Made by a program: the position numbers and the translations under genes. 64,000 nt of DNA from Eledone cirrhosa (lineage: Eukaryota), in NCBI GenBank assembly GCA_964016885.1, contig OZ024740.1:359476001-359540000 (forward strand), in the 5' to 3' direction. Below are positions 39,965-54,822 of this stretch, piece after piece. Numbering within the stretch: position 1 is the first letter of the stretch; every line of letters starts with the position of its first letter. The notes below the pieces were generated by a model. That model was given only the letters and a program-made list of their open reading frames with translations. It searched no databases and had not been told where the DNA came from.

Positions 39965-40247
39965 AAAAAGAGATGAAATCGAAAATGCAACTGGAGTCTT
40001 ATTTTTTTTTAAATATATATATTTATTTGGTTCCTTTACCGGTTTCGCAGTTCTTCTGCTTTTCAAAAGGTGAGTTGAGATGGAGGGTCTGTGGTTTTTC
40101 TCACATCTGGTTGGTCTCTGAATGTTACTTGTTTTATATGGAAAAAGTGGCTCGAAATGCCAGGTTTTTCGAGAAGTAATTTGATTGGTTTGTCAATAAT
40201 TATAATAAATTTCGCGCCAGTTCGCGTTACAATAGTTCTTCAAATAA

Positions 40248-40282
<35 letters not shown>

Positions 40283-40342
40283 AATTTCTTTACTTTAAAA
40301 AAAGGTGGCTCACGAAGGCTTTTTTTTTTAAGTAAAGAAATT

Positions 40343-40397
<55 letters not shown>

Positions 40398-41106
40398 GCA
40401 CGCACACACACACACACACAAGCACACAAATAAACACACATATCTTTACTTTCTTTATTCAATAGAAAATCTGAATTCTCACACCCCAGCGAACTAACCA
40501 TATTCACTGAACCAGAACAATTCTCCCATCCCTTTCTCTTGACCATTATCTTTCACTTATCAAAAAATTCTCTAAAAAGGCTACAGAATGGATTTCCAAA
40601 TAAGGGCACAAAAATTTAATGAAAATTTGTTCACGTGACAGCCATAATTTCATTTATAACCAACCCAAAAAAAGACTTCGTGGAGCCTCCTTTTTTCAAA
40701 TAAAAAGAAATTCAAACACTCATATATGAAAAAACAACCTGCGACAACCCCCCCCCCTCCCCGCTCTTATTTGAAGAACTATTGTAACGCGAACTGGCGC
40801 GAAATTTATTATAATTATTGACAAACCAATCAAATTACTTCTCGAAAAACCTGGCATTTCGAGCCACTTTTTCCATATAAAACAAGTAACATTCAGAGAC
40901 CAACCAGATGTAAACCACAGACCCTCCATCTCAACTCACCTTTTGAAAAGCAGAAGAACTGCGAAACCGGTAAAGGAACCAAATAAATATATATATTTTT
41001 AAAAAAATAAGACTCCAGTTGCATTTTCGATTTCATCTCTTTTTCTTTATACTTTCACTTGTGTAGGACACCTCGGTTATTTTTCATTTTGTAAAAAAAA
41101 CCTCAC

Positions 41107-41137
<31 letters not shown>

Positions 41138-41322
41138 ATTGTTTCTACTGTTGGCACATGGCCAGCAATTACCCAGTGCATTACTGGTACTTTATTTTAT
41201 CGACCCCGTAAGGATGAAAGGCAAAGTCAACCTCGGCGGGATTTGAACTCAGATCATAAAGGGACGTAACTATGCTGGAAAGCATGGCGTCCGACTCTCT
41301 ACCGATACTGCCAATCCACCGC
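41138..41322 (-). mobile_element. Full-length SINE family B
   Basis: Reverse complement has box A tggcagtatcgg, box B gagttcaaatcc, then the family body. Confidence 0.85.
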
Positions 41323-41324
41323 TT

Positions 41325-43697
<2,373 letters not shown>

Positions 43698-44696
43698 TTG
43701 GGGAATTTTGTCCCCCATTCGACAATAGTGTTCTATAGATGGGAACAACCAATTTACACAGACCACAAGATAAAACTATTTTTCTTCCTTTTCTTCTTCT
43801 TTTCTCTTTCTTTTCTCTCTTTTCTTTTATATTTTTATATATATTTTTTCTTTCTCTTCTACAAGTCCTTCAAAACCCCAGCCTCATGTTTATGTCTGTG
43901 TTTATGTTTATGTCCCATACTGTGGCGGTTCGACAAAAAGAAGGTAACAAAATAGGCACCAGACTTGAAAAAATAAGTATTGGGGTCGATATGATTATCT
44001 GAAGGGAGCTCTAATATGGCTGCAGTTTAATGGTTGAAACCGTACAGAAGAAAATAATACAGAAAAAAAAGAATACTGAACTACTGAAATCGATGTATTT
44101 TAAACGGTTAGTTCAATTCCAGAAGCAATACTATCTGATCATTTTCTTTATTTGTTTTTGCTGTTTGTTTCTGTTTCTTTGGGGTTTTGGGGGGTTTTTT
44201 TGTTTCTTTTTTCGTTTTATTTTTATTTTAATTTCTCTTTTCGTGATTAATTCTGTCAATCAAAACATTGAAAGCAAACTTTCGTCCTCGTAGCTTATCC
44301 CATTCATGTATTACTTTGTCAACGATCGGAAATACGTTAATTATACATCGGGAAATGTTTGAATTCTCATCAAATATTCATGACTAGAAATCTCTTTAAT
44401 GTGTTGGTCATTTTAAGTTTCAAACCTCGCTTTGTTCTTGATCAAGCCGATATTATTGTGAAATGCCTTTTGTTGTCGCATAGACTCTGTTATTGGTAAT
44501 TTTCATTGCCGGCTAAACTTTGCTTGTTCCTTGCAGTTATTTTTAAGACATAGGTTACCAATTTCTGTATCGTACGAATCATGTTTATACCGAAGCATGT
44601 AAATAATTCTTCTCCCTTGTGCAATATCTATATCGTAGAATGCACTGTCAACTAATATCTAATGTCTTAAATAGGAACTAAAGAAACTTATTTCAC

Positions 44697-44906
44697 AAGA
44701 AGAAGAAGAAGAAGAAGAAGAAGAAGAAGAAGAAGAAGAAGAAGAAGAAGAAGAAGAAGAAGAAGAAGAAGAAGAAGAAGAAGAAGAAGAAGAAGAAGAA
44801 GAAGAAGAAGAAGAAGAAGAAGAAGAAGAAGAAGAAGAAGAAGAAGAAGAAGAAGAAGAAGAAGAAGAAGAAGAAGAAGAAGAAGAAGAAGAAGAAGAAG
44901 AAGAAG
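44697..44906. repeat. (GAA)n, about 70 units
   Basis: Seen directly. Confidence 0.98.
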
Positions 44907-45949
44907 ATGGTGAAATCGCTCCCGTAAGTTTTGATTTTTAACATATTTAAATCAATTGTGAAATAACAATTCTTAGTACAAATGATACATAAAACATCCG
45001 GCTTGAATCCCAAAAAATTTCGGATCCATAATATATTGTTATATTGCTCAAATATTCAATTTTGTATTATACATTTTATATTCAAAAAAAGAAAATGGTT
45101 ATAAATGGAAGAAAACCCCCTCTGTCTACTCTATATATAACAGCCAAATAACAGCAATTTCACCAACATCAGAAACTAGATACACCACCTACCCCATCAC
45201 CCCTCTGTGTACACTAAACGCAACAGCCAGATAACGGCAATTTCACCACCACCACCACCAATCTCAGCATAATAATAATAATTACTATTAATATTGCCTC
45301 AAGTTTTAGTTTTAACAAAATGTTTAATTCCAATATTAAGAGAAATATGTCAATACATATACGCGACTAACGATAATTTCACTAAAGATAATTTCACCAC
45401 CAACACCTCCACCACTACCACGATGAAAACTCTGGTCAAGTCGACTCAAATTTCTACTCCAACTTCAACACCATCACTACAGTAATACGACCACATCACC
45501 ACCACCACTGCCTCATTATCGCTACCGCCACTATTCTCTCCCACTACCTCCTGCTAGTTGCTGCTAGCACAGCACCGCCATCACCACCATCACCACTGCC
45601 TCATTATCACTACCGCCACTATTCTCTCCCGCTAACCCCTGCTACATTGTAGAATTCTCACTAAAAGAGGAAGGCATCAAAATATATAAATAGACTGAAT
45701 TGATGACCCGGTCAAATCAAAAAAACAAAAATCAAAATCAAAGCAGCACAGCAACAACGAAAAACGTAAAGAAAATAAGAATGAAGAGAAAAACAAACAG
45801 ACGGACAGAGAAGGGAAGGGAAAAACTAAGTCAGACATTCAAACACTACATTACAATGAAACTTATGCTTATTCATTTTGGGGGGTTTTTCTGCCTGTTT
45901 GTTTGTTTGTTTATTTGTGTTCGTCTACAGCGTGATAATGCCACACAAA

Positions 45950-48900
45950 AGTCACGTGGAGTGACGAAACCACCGGAGACGATGAATTCACCGGTGGTTA
46001 TGTAACCATACATTCGCCAATCCTCGATAAGAGTGTTTAAATGTCGAACCTAAACAGTTCGAATAACGGTGAAATGGAGACTAGAATGTCATATGACAGA
46101 CTCTCACCCAACAGGTGCTCCCTGGCTCAGCAGCAGGGACCTGGCTGTCAACCAAATACTGCTGGTGTCGGAGGAAGAAGAAGAAGGAAAGGGACCAGAA
46201 CCAACTGGACGAAAAAATTGAATAGAACTGTTATGCAATGTTACCTGAAGAGTAACCCCAAGGAGAAAGGCTATAGGAAACGGATGCATAACATCTGGAA
46301 CGAGATTGGTCTATTTAAATTAGATGAACAAAAATTGGCCGGGCAGGCTCGGGTAATAAGAACTAATGGGTGGATAAGCGAGCTGGAACTGGAGGAACTG
46401 AGCAGAGAGGTTAGCTTGGAGATGGAGAGTGGAGTATGCCAGGCAAACGAGCCAGTGGGAAATGAATGTGAAGAGGTCGAGAGAACGGAGGAACCACCCG
46501 AAGCAGACAATGATCTGAATGCTGAGATAAATAGTACCTGGAACAGAGATACGGCCATTGAGGAGATGAATGCTGACGGGCTAGGACAAGATTTGGTTGA
46601 TATCCTAAACTTAATGGTAGATGAATTGAACAATGATAGTGGGAGACCTATGAACCTAAGATTTGTAGACAGGAAAAAGTTAAAAGAAACAACAGCTAAG
46701 GTAAACAAAGTCATCCCATACCTTGAGGCGAGGAGCCTTCACCAGTGCAACAATATCCTCAAAGCAACAGCAAATACGGTGAGGAAACTACTTGGTATAA
46801 AAGCGAGAGGAAACAACAGACAAGAAAGAGCAGAGCCTTGGTGGAAGAAACGACTGAGTGGTCAAATCAGGGAAATGAGAAATGACATTGGAAAGCTTGA
46901 GTCCCTACTGAATGGGACACTAAAAAACATAGACACTAAAAATAGACTGGAAATAAAGTACAAAACTAGGAAGAAAAAGCTAAATATTATCATAGAGGAA
47001 CTGAAGCAACGCATTGTAGCAAAGAGTGCAAAAATCAGGCGAGACGAGAACAGAGTCAGTCAGTATAGACAGAACCGCATGTTCGACAACAACCAGAAGA
47101 TGTTGTTTGGACAGCTTGAAGGGAAAGAAAGAGGCAACGACTTGATCCCTGAGGCGGAACAAACTAAAACATTCTGGAGAGGAATATGGGAGCAGGATGT
47201 TAAACATAATGACCAGGCAGTGTGGATTGAGACAGTACAGAAGGAGATCAGTGAACAGGCACACCAACAAACTGATTTGAGTATCACAGTTGAAACTCTT
47301 AAGGGGCAGGCCAAAAAACTAACCAACTGGAAATCACCAGGCCCAGATGGTGTGCAGGGGTATTGGATTAAAAATATAACATCCCTCCACCCGAAACTGA
47401 CAACCATGTTCAATGACTGCTTGATGTCAGGTGAGGTACCAGAGTGGTTGACAAAAGGTACCACAGTTCTGATAATGAAAGACCGAATCAAGGGTAATGA
47501 TGTTACCAACTATAGACCTATCACATATCTGTCCGTAATGTGGAAACTGTTGACAAGCATTATGTCTGAGGAAATCTACCATCACCTCCACACAAACAAC
47601 TTGTTACCGGACGAACAGAAAGGATGCCGAAAGAAGTCACGTGGTACAAAGGACCAGTTACTTATTGATAAGATGGTAATGAGGAATTGCAAGAGGAGAC
47701 ACACTGGTCTTGCCATGGGATGGATAGACTACAAAAAGGCATTTGACATGGTGCCTCATTCTTGGATCACCAAAAGCCTGGAGATCTTCAAGGTGGCAGA
47801 TAACATCAGACAGTTGTTGGGCAAAAGTATGAAGTCCTGGGAAACAGAGTTAACATCAACTGGAGAATCCTTGGGAAGCGTGAAGATCAAGAGAGGTATC
47901 TTCCAGGGAGATAGTCTGTCCCCTCTGTTGTTTGTCCTTGCCCTGATGCCCCTGACCAGTGTACTGCGAAAGGTGAGAGCAGGATACAGGTTGGGAAAGG
48001 GAGGGCTTACCATCAATCACCTCCTCTTCATGGACGATCTTAAGCTCTTCGGGAAGAGTGAGAAGGAGTTGGATGTGCTTGTTGACACTGTCCGTATTTT
48101 CAGCAATGATATATGTATGCAATTTGGTATTAGTAAGTGTGGAGTCATTGTGATGAGGAGGGGTAAGTTGAGCAAAAGTAACGGAATCCAGATACCAACA
48201 GGTGAGATGATAAAGGAAATTGACTCTGAGGAAGAATACAAGTATTTGGGCGTTCTGGAGGCTGATGACATCAAGAACAAAAAAATGAAGGAATTGATAA
48301 GAACTGAATACCTTCGGGGAGTAAGGAGCGTATTAAAGTCACATCTGAACAGTAGGAATGACATAAGTGCAGTAAATTCCCGAGCTGTGTCTATTATTAG
48401 GTACAGTGCGGGAATTCTGAGATGGAATGTTGCTGAACAAAAGGGAATGGATAGGAAGACTAGGAAGCTATTGACTATCTACAACATGTTCCACAAGAGG
48501 AGTGATGTCGATAGACTCTACTTAAGGAGATCTGAGGGTGGAAGAGGTCTTATCAGCATAGAGGACTGTGTTCAGATGGAGAAAAACAACCTACACAAAT
48601 ACGTGACTGATAGTAAGGAGCCAATGCTCAGAACTGTACTGAAGGAGGGGACAATAGGCCAGGGGATGTCCAAGGAGGAAATAACATCAAGGAGAGAGAG
48701 CAGCCTTCAGGAAAAATCTCTTCATAGTACCTTCTTTGAGAGAACTGAATTTAGATATCCACAGACATGGAACTGGTTGAAAAAAGGAAACCTTAAAAAG
48801 GCTACAGAAGGAATGTTAATGGCTGCGCAGGAGCAGGCCCTCAAAACGAAGTGGTTGAAACACCACATTTACAAGGAGGAGGCTAGCCCACTGTGCAGGA

Positions 48901-49541
48901 TCTGTGGAGAGAGAGAGGAGACTGTGGCTCACATTGTATCCGAGTGTAAACACCTAGCCCAGACTCACTATAAGGGCTGGAGAGATGATGTGATGGGCAG
49001 GGTGATCCACTGGCACCTATGCAAAGTAAACAATTTACCACATTCTGAGAAGTGGTATGAGCATAAGCCAGAGGCGGTGATAGAAAACGATCAGGTGAAG
49101 GTGCTGTGGGATTTTAGGATACAGACGGACAAGAAACTGGAACACAATAGACCTGACCTGGTGGTTTTGGACAAAGAAAAAAGATCGTGCCTGATTGTGG
49201 ATGTGGCCTGCCCATTCGACACGAGAGTGCAAGAGAAGGAGAGGGAGAAAATTAACCGATACCAGGACTTAAAGTGGGAGGTAAAAAGGATTTGGAACTG
49301 CCATGAAGTCAAAGTGATCCCGATTGTCATAGGCGCACTAGGGACTATCTCAAAAAGTTTCCAGGGATGGTTAAAGAAAATTGGCCCCTTCACGCTTTTT
49401 GGAACGCTTCAAAAGGCATGCTTGCTGGGAACAGCAAGAACCCTCCGATACGTCCTGAATATCTGAGGCTGCAGGTAGTGGCTTGATATTCATTTCAACA
49501 AACTTTCCAGTTAACTAACATCAATGACTGAGACTCAAAGA

Positions 49542-49581
<40 letters not shown>
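45950..49581 (+). mobile_element. R4/Dong-clade non-LTR retrotransposon, essentially full length, with (TAA)n tail
   Basis: Single 1141-aa ORF, short 3' UTR, (TAA)n at 49543-49581. The 5' boundary is approximate. Confidence 0.92.
46041..49466 (+). CDS. RT / CCHC / restriction-like endonuclease polyprotein
   Basis: WKSPGPDG, DYKKAFDMV, GIFQGDSLSP, LFMDDLKL, YKYLG, CRICGEREETVAHIVSEC and RPDLVVLD..LIVDVACPFD. Confidence 0.93.
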   Translation: MSNLNSSNNGEMETRMSYDRLSPNRCSLAQQQGPGCQPNTAGVGGRRRRKGTRTNWTKKLNRTVMQCYLKSNPKEKGYRKRMHNIWNEIGLFKLDEQKLAGQARVIRTNGWISELELEELSREVSLEMESGVCQANEPVGNECEEVERTEEPPEADNDLNAEINSTWNRDTAIEEMNADGLGQDLVDILNLMVDELNNDSGRPMNLRFVDRKKLKETTAKVNKVIPYLEARSLHQCNNILKATANTVRKLLGIKARGNNRQERAEPWWKKRLSGQIREMRNDIGKLESLLNGTLKNIDTKNRLEIKYKTRKKKLNIIIEELKQRIVAKSAKIRRDENRVSQYRQNRMFDNNQKMLFGQLEGKERGNDLIPEAEQTKTFWRGIWEQDVKHNDQAVWIETVQKEISEQAHQQTDLSITVETLKGQAKKLTNWKSPGPDGVQGYWIKNITSLHPKLTTMFNDCLMSGEVPEWLTKGTTVLIMKDRIKGNDVTNYRPITYLSVMWKLLTSIMSEEIYHHLHTNNLLPDEQKGCRKKSRGTKDQLLIDKMVMRNCKRRHTGLAMGWIDYKKAFDMVPHSWITKSLEIFKVADNIRQLLGKSMKSWETELTSTGESLGSVKIKRGIFQGDSLSPLLFVLALMPLTSVLRKVRAGYRLGKGGLTINHLLFMDDLKLFGKSEKELDVLVDTVRIFSNDICMQFGISKCGVIVMRRGKLSKSNGIQIPTGEMIKEIDSEEEYKYLGVLEADDIKNKKMKELIRTEYLRGVRSVLKSHLNSRNDISAVNSRAVSIIRYSAGILRWNVAEQKGMDRKTRKLLTIYNMFHKRSDVDRLYLRRSEGGRGLISIEDCVQMEKNNLHKYVTDSKEPMLRTVLKEGTIGQGMSKEEITSRRESSLQEKSLHSTFFERTEFRYPQTWNWLKKGNLKKATEGMLMAAQEQALKTKWLKHHIYKEEASPLCRICGEREETVAHIVSECKHLAQTHYKGWRDDVMGRVIHWHLCKVNNLPHSEKWYEHKPEAVIENDQVKVLWDFRIQTDKKLEHNRPDLVVLDKEKRSCLIVDVACPFDTRVQEKEREKINRYQDLKWEVKRIWNCHEVKVIPIVIGALGTISKSFQGWLKKIGPFTLFGTLQKACLLGTARTLRYVLNI

Positions 49582-49582
<1 letters not shown>

Positions 49583-50281
49583 TGTATTGAAGCTTTTCCA
49601 CTTGCTACATGCGGCATGTGAGACTTCCCACTACGCAGTATGCATTTATATATATATATATATATATATTATTTCTGCCATTATCTCTCTCCTATCGCCA
49701 GGCCATTTAGACTTTTAGTCGAGAATTATGGTAAGCGGCAGTCATGCTTTTTTCTTCTCATCGACGAAAGTTAATTTTTCCCAGCTTCCGGCGTCTTGTG
49801 TTACACACATACATGCACTGTCAGTTGTCCATTTAGTCTAGTCATACATTTTTACGTATTTATCTCTCTTTTTGTCGAAAGACAACCGTCAATTTTACTG
49901 TTCATTCTTTGTCTTGTAATTTTCTCATATGCACCTTACCAACAAACCGATCATCTGATCTGATGCGCAAACTGGCATCACAAGTGCAGTACTACCTTAA
50001 TGCACGAAGCTGCACCACTGGTGACATGGTAAAGATGCTACAGTCTTTCGTTTTATGTAACTGTGTATTTTACTACTGATACTATACATATCTTTTTTTT
50101 TTTTTTTAGTTGTATTGTGGAGGTATGGTGTATGCATTTGGTGGTGTGTGTTATTTAGCTAGCTTTGCAGTGGGGAATAAATATTGATATCTAATTATGT
50201 TGTATCAGTATATTTATCATTATGTATGCGTTAGTCTACAGAAATATATATTTTGATTTCAGAAATTGGCTTATATATATA

Positions 50282-50714
50282 TCTATATAAATAAATGGTA
50301 ATTTCTGTCTGTTTGTTTGTGAACCTAAAACTCAAAAACTACCAAACCGATCTTGATGAAACTTGACACGTGTGTGGGGCTCATGCCCATTTGATTTCTT
50401 ACGTATATTTCATTTTAATCAAAGGATTCCCCGGGTGCTTCAAACCCCCGCTGAAAACCCCCAATGAAAATATTTTCCCTTCGATTTATATGAAATTCAA
50501 ACCATAGGTAAATGACAAGATATGATGCCTTTTCACAAACTGTCAGCAAATTTCAATAATATTAAGACACCCTAATGGGGGTTAAACCCCTTATTAGGGT
50601 TCCCTAGAGGCACAAACCCCCGCTGAAAATGTTTCCCCTTCGATCTATATGATATTTAAACCATAGGTAAATGACAAGATATGATGCCTATTCGCAAAAG
50701 TTTTAGAGCGCTTT

Positions 50715-50715
<1 letters not shown>
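50282..50715 (+). mobile_element. Helitron-type non-autonomous element, 5' part
   Basis: Starts a/TCtatataaataaat followed by ctgtctgtttgtttgt; has an internal tandem duplication; no CTAG end was found. Confidence 0.55.
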
Positions 50716-50779
<64 letters not shown>

Positions 50780-50817
50780 GTTTGTGTGTGTGGATGTGTG
50801 TAGGTGTGTTTAAGTAT

Positions 50818-51399
50818 ATATGTATCCCATTTGCAACAACGCAGCACGCCATTTTTCATTTATATTTTTCCCTCCGCTGTGACCAGTCTGTTTCTGTCTT
50901 ACTGCTATCCTCTTTCTCTCTCCTTGTATCTCTTACCTTCATTCACCCCCTCTCCCAGTCACCCTCTCTCGGCTGGCCTCTTCCCCACAATTTCACTCAC
51001 TCACTCTCTGCTACTACCCCTCTCTCACTTCCTCCCGTCTGACCTGTGTGAAATCCTTTTCTCGCTCATATTTCACAGGGTCTGGACGTGTCTTTCTTTT
51101 CTCGTCCACGATTTGCTCGAACCTAAGTTCACAGATATCACGGACTTGTTTCTCATCTTTCTCTCTTTCCGTTGCATTACCATCTCTGTTTGTTTACATG
51201 TCTCGCTTTCTCACCCAATTCTACTTGTCCCAATAACTTTTTTTAGTTATTGTTCGCACCAGCCTGAGGTATATGGTCTTTAATGCGAAGAAATACCGAT
51301 GATGGCTGGAAGATCACTGATGACGGACAGTCCTGTCTTCTTGCTCTAATTTTATTCATATGTATCCCATTTGCAACAACGCAGCACGCCATTTTTCAT
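50818..51399. repeat. About 580-bp element bounded by 42-bp direct repeats
   Basis: atatgtatcccatttgcaacaacgcagcacgccatttttcat at 50818-50859 and 51358-51399. Confidence 0.8.
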
Positions 51400-51445
51400 A
51401 TATATATATATATACATTCATTCTATCAAGGGTAAATATTAAGTA

Positions 51446-51489
51446 TTGTTACCCACGTTTCTCCTGTTTATCACAGGATCATCAGACAA
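51446..51489 (-). ncRNA. Minimal type I hammerhead ribozyme in a ~90-bp island between (TA)n tracts
   Basis: Reverse complement: ttgt-CTGATGA-tcctgt gataa acagga-GAAA-cgtggg-TA/acaa. Confidence 0.82.
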
Positions 51490-51541
51490 GAACTAACGTA
51501 CGGATATATATATATATATTTAAATATATATATATACACAT

Positions 51542-51602
<61 letters not shown>

Positions 51603-51810
51603 CATATATATATTTACATATATATATATATATATGTAAATATATATATGTCTGTATATATATATATATATATATATATGTAAATATATATGTATGTATA
51701 TATATATATATATATGTGTGTGTATATATATATATACATATATACATATATATACATATTTATATATATATATGTATATATATATATACATAAATATATA
51801 TACATATATA

Positions 51811-52218
51811 TCTTTATATATATAAAAGCGAGGCTGTGTGTGTGTCTGTGTACAACTTGGCATGCATAAGGCTTTCACAATTACCAACTGTATTTGTCCA
51901 AATTTTCTGTGCACGTTGCACAGGTCGATAAGATTGTCACATCACAAACATTTTTCAAATCGACCCACGTTGAGCAATAAAAAATCGATATCAAAATTAT
52001 CGGTAGAAAAATTTATGTAAGGGAGATAACAAACTGTATTGACAATCCTTATAAAAAAGGGAGATAACCTTTTCACCAAATATATTCGTTTGCATTAATT
52101 ATTGAAGACTTCTGCTTATTTTGACAGGTTGGGGACAAATAATGTTCTTCTTTTACTTCCTAGCTATATATTCTTAGCATAATTTCAAACCCCGAGCAAC
52201 GCCGGGTAAATCTGCTAG
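51811..52218 (+). mobile_element. Complete non-autonomous Helitron-type element
   Basis: 5' TC, 3' hairpin cccgagcaacgccggg then CTAG (52215-52218); inserted between A and T with no TSD. Confidence 0.82.
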
Positions 52219-52235
52219 TAATATTTTTTTTTTTT

Positions 52236-52673
52236 AACGATCGACTTTCGTCAAATCGGACCGAGGAAACAATGTTTCCGTTGGTCTTTCCAATTGCTAA
52301 TACTATCTATCGGTCGCAACTCCAGGTAGAAGGAGCAACGTGAAATAAAGTGTCTTGCTCAAGGACGTAACGCATCGCCTGGTCCAGGAATCGAACTCAC
52401 AACCTCAAGATTGTGAATCCAATTCTCTAACCACTCAGCCACACGCCTTCACAAAGGAACGATCGACTTTCGTCAAATCGGACCGAGGAAACAATGTTTC
52501 CGTTGGTCTTTCCAATTGCTAATACTATCTATCGGTCGCAACTCCAGGTAGAAGGAGCAACGTGAAATAAAGTGTTTTGCTCAAGGACGTAACGCATCGC
52601 CTGGTCCAGGAATCGAACTCACAACCTTACGATTGCGAATCCAATTCCCTAACCACTCAGCCACACGCCTTCA
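52236..52673 (-). repeat. About 220-bp tandem duplication, each unit containing a SINE-A tRNA head
   Basis: Units start aacgatcgactttcg at about 52236 and 52458; the reverse complement has tggctgagtggttag and gagttcgattcc. Confidence 0.88.
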
Positions 52674-52799
52674 CTAGTAATATATATATACATATATATA
52701 TGTATATATATATATATACATATATATGTATATATATGTGTATATATATATATCTGTATATATATATACATATATATATATATATACATATATATATAA

Positions 52800-54460
52800 A
52801 TATATTTCGTTTCTGAATTTGTTTAGAAAGATTCTTTATCTGAAATCGTGTGTTGAAACCGATATTGTTATACTTTGGGAGGGTCATGTTGCCAATAAGA
52901 AACACACGCACCAGTTGCTTTCACTTCAATTTAATTCATTATATATTTATAAATTTACAAATTTATAAATTTCTGGTTGGTTGGTTGGTTCCACAACCAG
53001 ATAGTTGTTTATATATATATAGTCATAGTTCTTTCGTCACACACTCTGTGACCTCTTCAGTGACTGGGGATTTCTTTCTTCGTTTCTGTGCCTTTCCTTT
53101 CTTCTATCCTACGCCATTTTGTTTGTGTGTGGGTTGCGTGCTCAGTTTGCGCATGCGCCACATCCGGGTGTCTGTGTGTGTTTGTGTTCATTTTTCTATT
53201 TTTCTATTTATATTTTTTTTATTTGTTTATTTATTTATTTATTTATTGTTGGTTGGTTGTTTGTTCTATGTGTGTGTGTGTTTTCATTTTGTCTTGTGTG
53301 TGTTTTCATTTTGTGTGTGTTTTCAATTGTAAGTTGTTTGTTCTATGTGTGTGTGTGTTTTCATTTTGTCCTTAATTGTAAGTTGTGATGTTGCTGTTCC
53401 ACTCATATTTTCTATTTAATTTTGGTTTTAATTCTTTTATGCTTACTGCCTCTGTAATTTGCCTAAACATTGCGTCTTTCTTGTGTGTGGATTCTATTTT
53501 TATTTCTATGCTCTCTAATTTACCCCCTGTGTTCTATCTTAGCATGTTGGTAGAGCACAGATGATTCTTTATTATCTTGGAGGTCTCGCCAGTGTTCATT
53601 TATTCGTTCCCCTATACTACGAGCTGTCTCACCTATGTACACTATATTTTTGTTTCTACATTGTCCTTCAGTACATCTTATGCTATATACTACATTTCTA
53701 GTTTTACAGTTAATATGGGGGCTTATTTTACAGGTTATACATTTCTTATCTATACATGAGGGTCTTTGGAACGGGTATGTCTTGCTAATAAGTGTTTTTA
53801 CGGAGGTACCAGGTCTTTCTACTATCTTAATATTGAGATTATGTTTCTTTAGGGCCCTTCTAAATTTGTAGGCTAGTTCGCCTCTAGGGGTTGTATTGAT
53901 GAACATTACACTCTGGTATTTATTGCTATCATACCATGAGTTTATTCTATTGGCCTTGTTCCTAGTTCTTTCTATTCTATTCCAAAATTTGCTCCTATAC
54001 AAGGGGCAGGTCCCATTTATGTCATTATTTACCATTTTTTCCCATTTGGTTCTGGCTCCTTTATACACTCTGATTCTATCTCTCTGATTGTAGCCAGAGA
54101 ACTGCATACGGTGGATGAAGTGTTGTATGTGTCTCTCTAGTTCTTCGGGGTTGCACATGCGGGACACATTTCTCATCACCCGTACCAAATCCGCAATCAG
54201 TATGTTGATTTTGGTATGGTCCGAAATGGCCGAGTTTCGGTGGATCAGATGTTTGGAAGTCATGGGTTTGGCATAATGGGAATGGAGGATTTGTTTTTGG
54301 TTGTTAATTGTATCTAACCAGAGCTCTGTGTCTAGTACAGGTAATCGATGGTTGGGGTGTCTACTTGGGTAGTCTATAGTAACTCTAATGCTCTGGTCGA
54401 TGGAGTTTGCTATTTGCTGGATGCTTTCCATTGTGTTTTTCTCTAGTTCCTGACTGTTCT
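52800..54460 (-). mobile_element. 5'-truncated PLE of a different clade (tentatively Nematis-like)
   Basis: [19 protein letters not shown] linker, VVYSIRC..YIGETAR..ERINEH. After a frameshift at about 53525 it continues RQITEAVSI..LNRKYEW to a stop near 53372. Confidence 0.88.
53021..53065 (-). ncRNA. Minimal type I hammerhead ribozyme in a PLE pLTR
   Basis: Reverse complement: agtca-CTGAAGA-g gtcaca gagtg tgtgac-GAAA-gaac-TA/tgact. Confidence 0.8.
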
Positions 54461-54530
54461 TATAAATATATATATATATATAAATGACTGTTCTATATAA
54501 ATATATATATATATATAAATATATATACAC

Positions 54531-54561
<31 letters not shown>

Positions 54562-54604
54562 CATATATATACATATATATACATATATATATATATACAT
54601 ATAC

Positions 54605-54635
<31 letters not shown>

Positions 54636-54670
54636 CATATATATACATATATATACATATATATATATAC

Positions 54671-54721
<51 letters not shown>

Positions 54722-54722
54722 C

Positions 54723-54769
<47 letters not shown>

Positions 54770-54822
54770 TAAACAAATAATGAATAAACAATGAAACAGT
54801 TCCTTATATTAAACAAAAAAAG

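Noticed and set aside
44530-44665. Short minus-strand open stretch (VDSAFYDIDIAQGRRIIY...) as a possible exon; similar candidates at 31.5-31.8 and 33.8-34.15 kb
   Set aside because: No recognisable homology, weak splice signals, and in-frame stops in the other candidates.
44693-45013. Poly-Phe ORF
   Set aside because: It is the reverse strand of (GAA)n.
51317-51345. CTGATGA-cggacagtcctgtc
   Set aside because: No GAAA downstream, so it was not called as a ribozyme.
52400-52672. tRNA genes suggested by A/B boxes
   Set aside because: The boxes lead into SINE bodies and I could not form a full cloverleaf.
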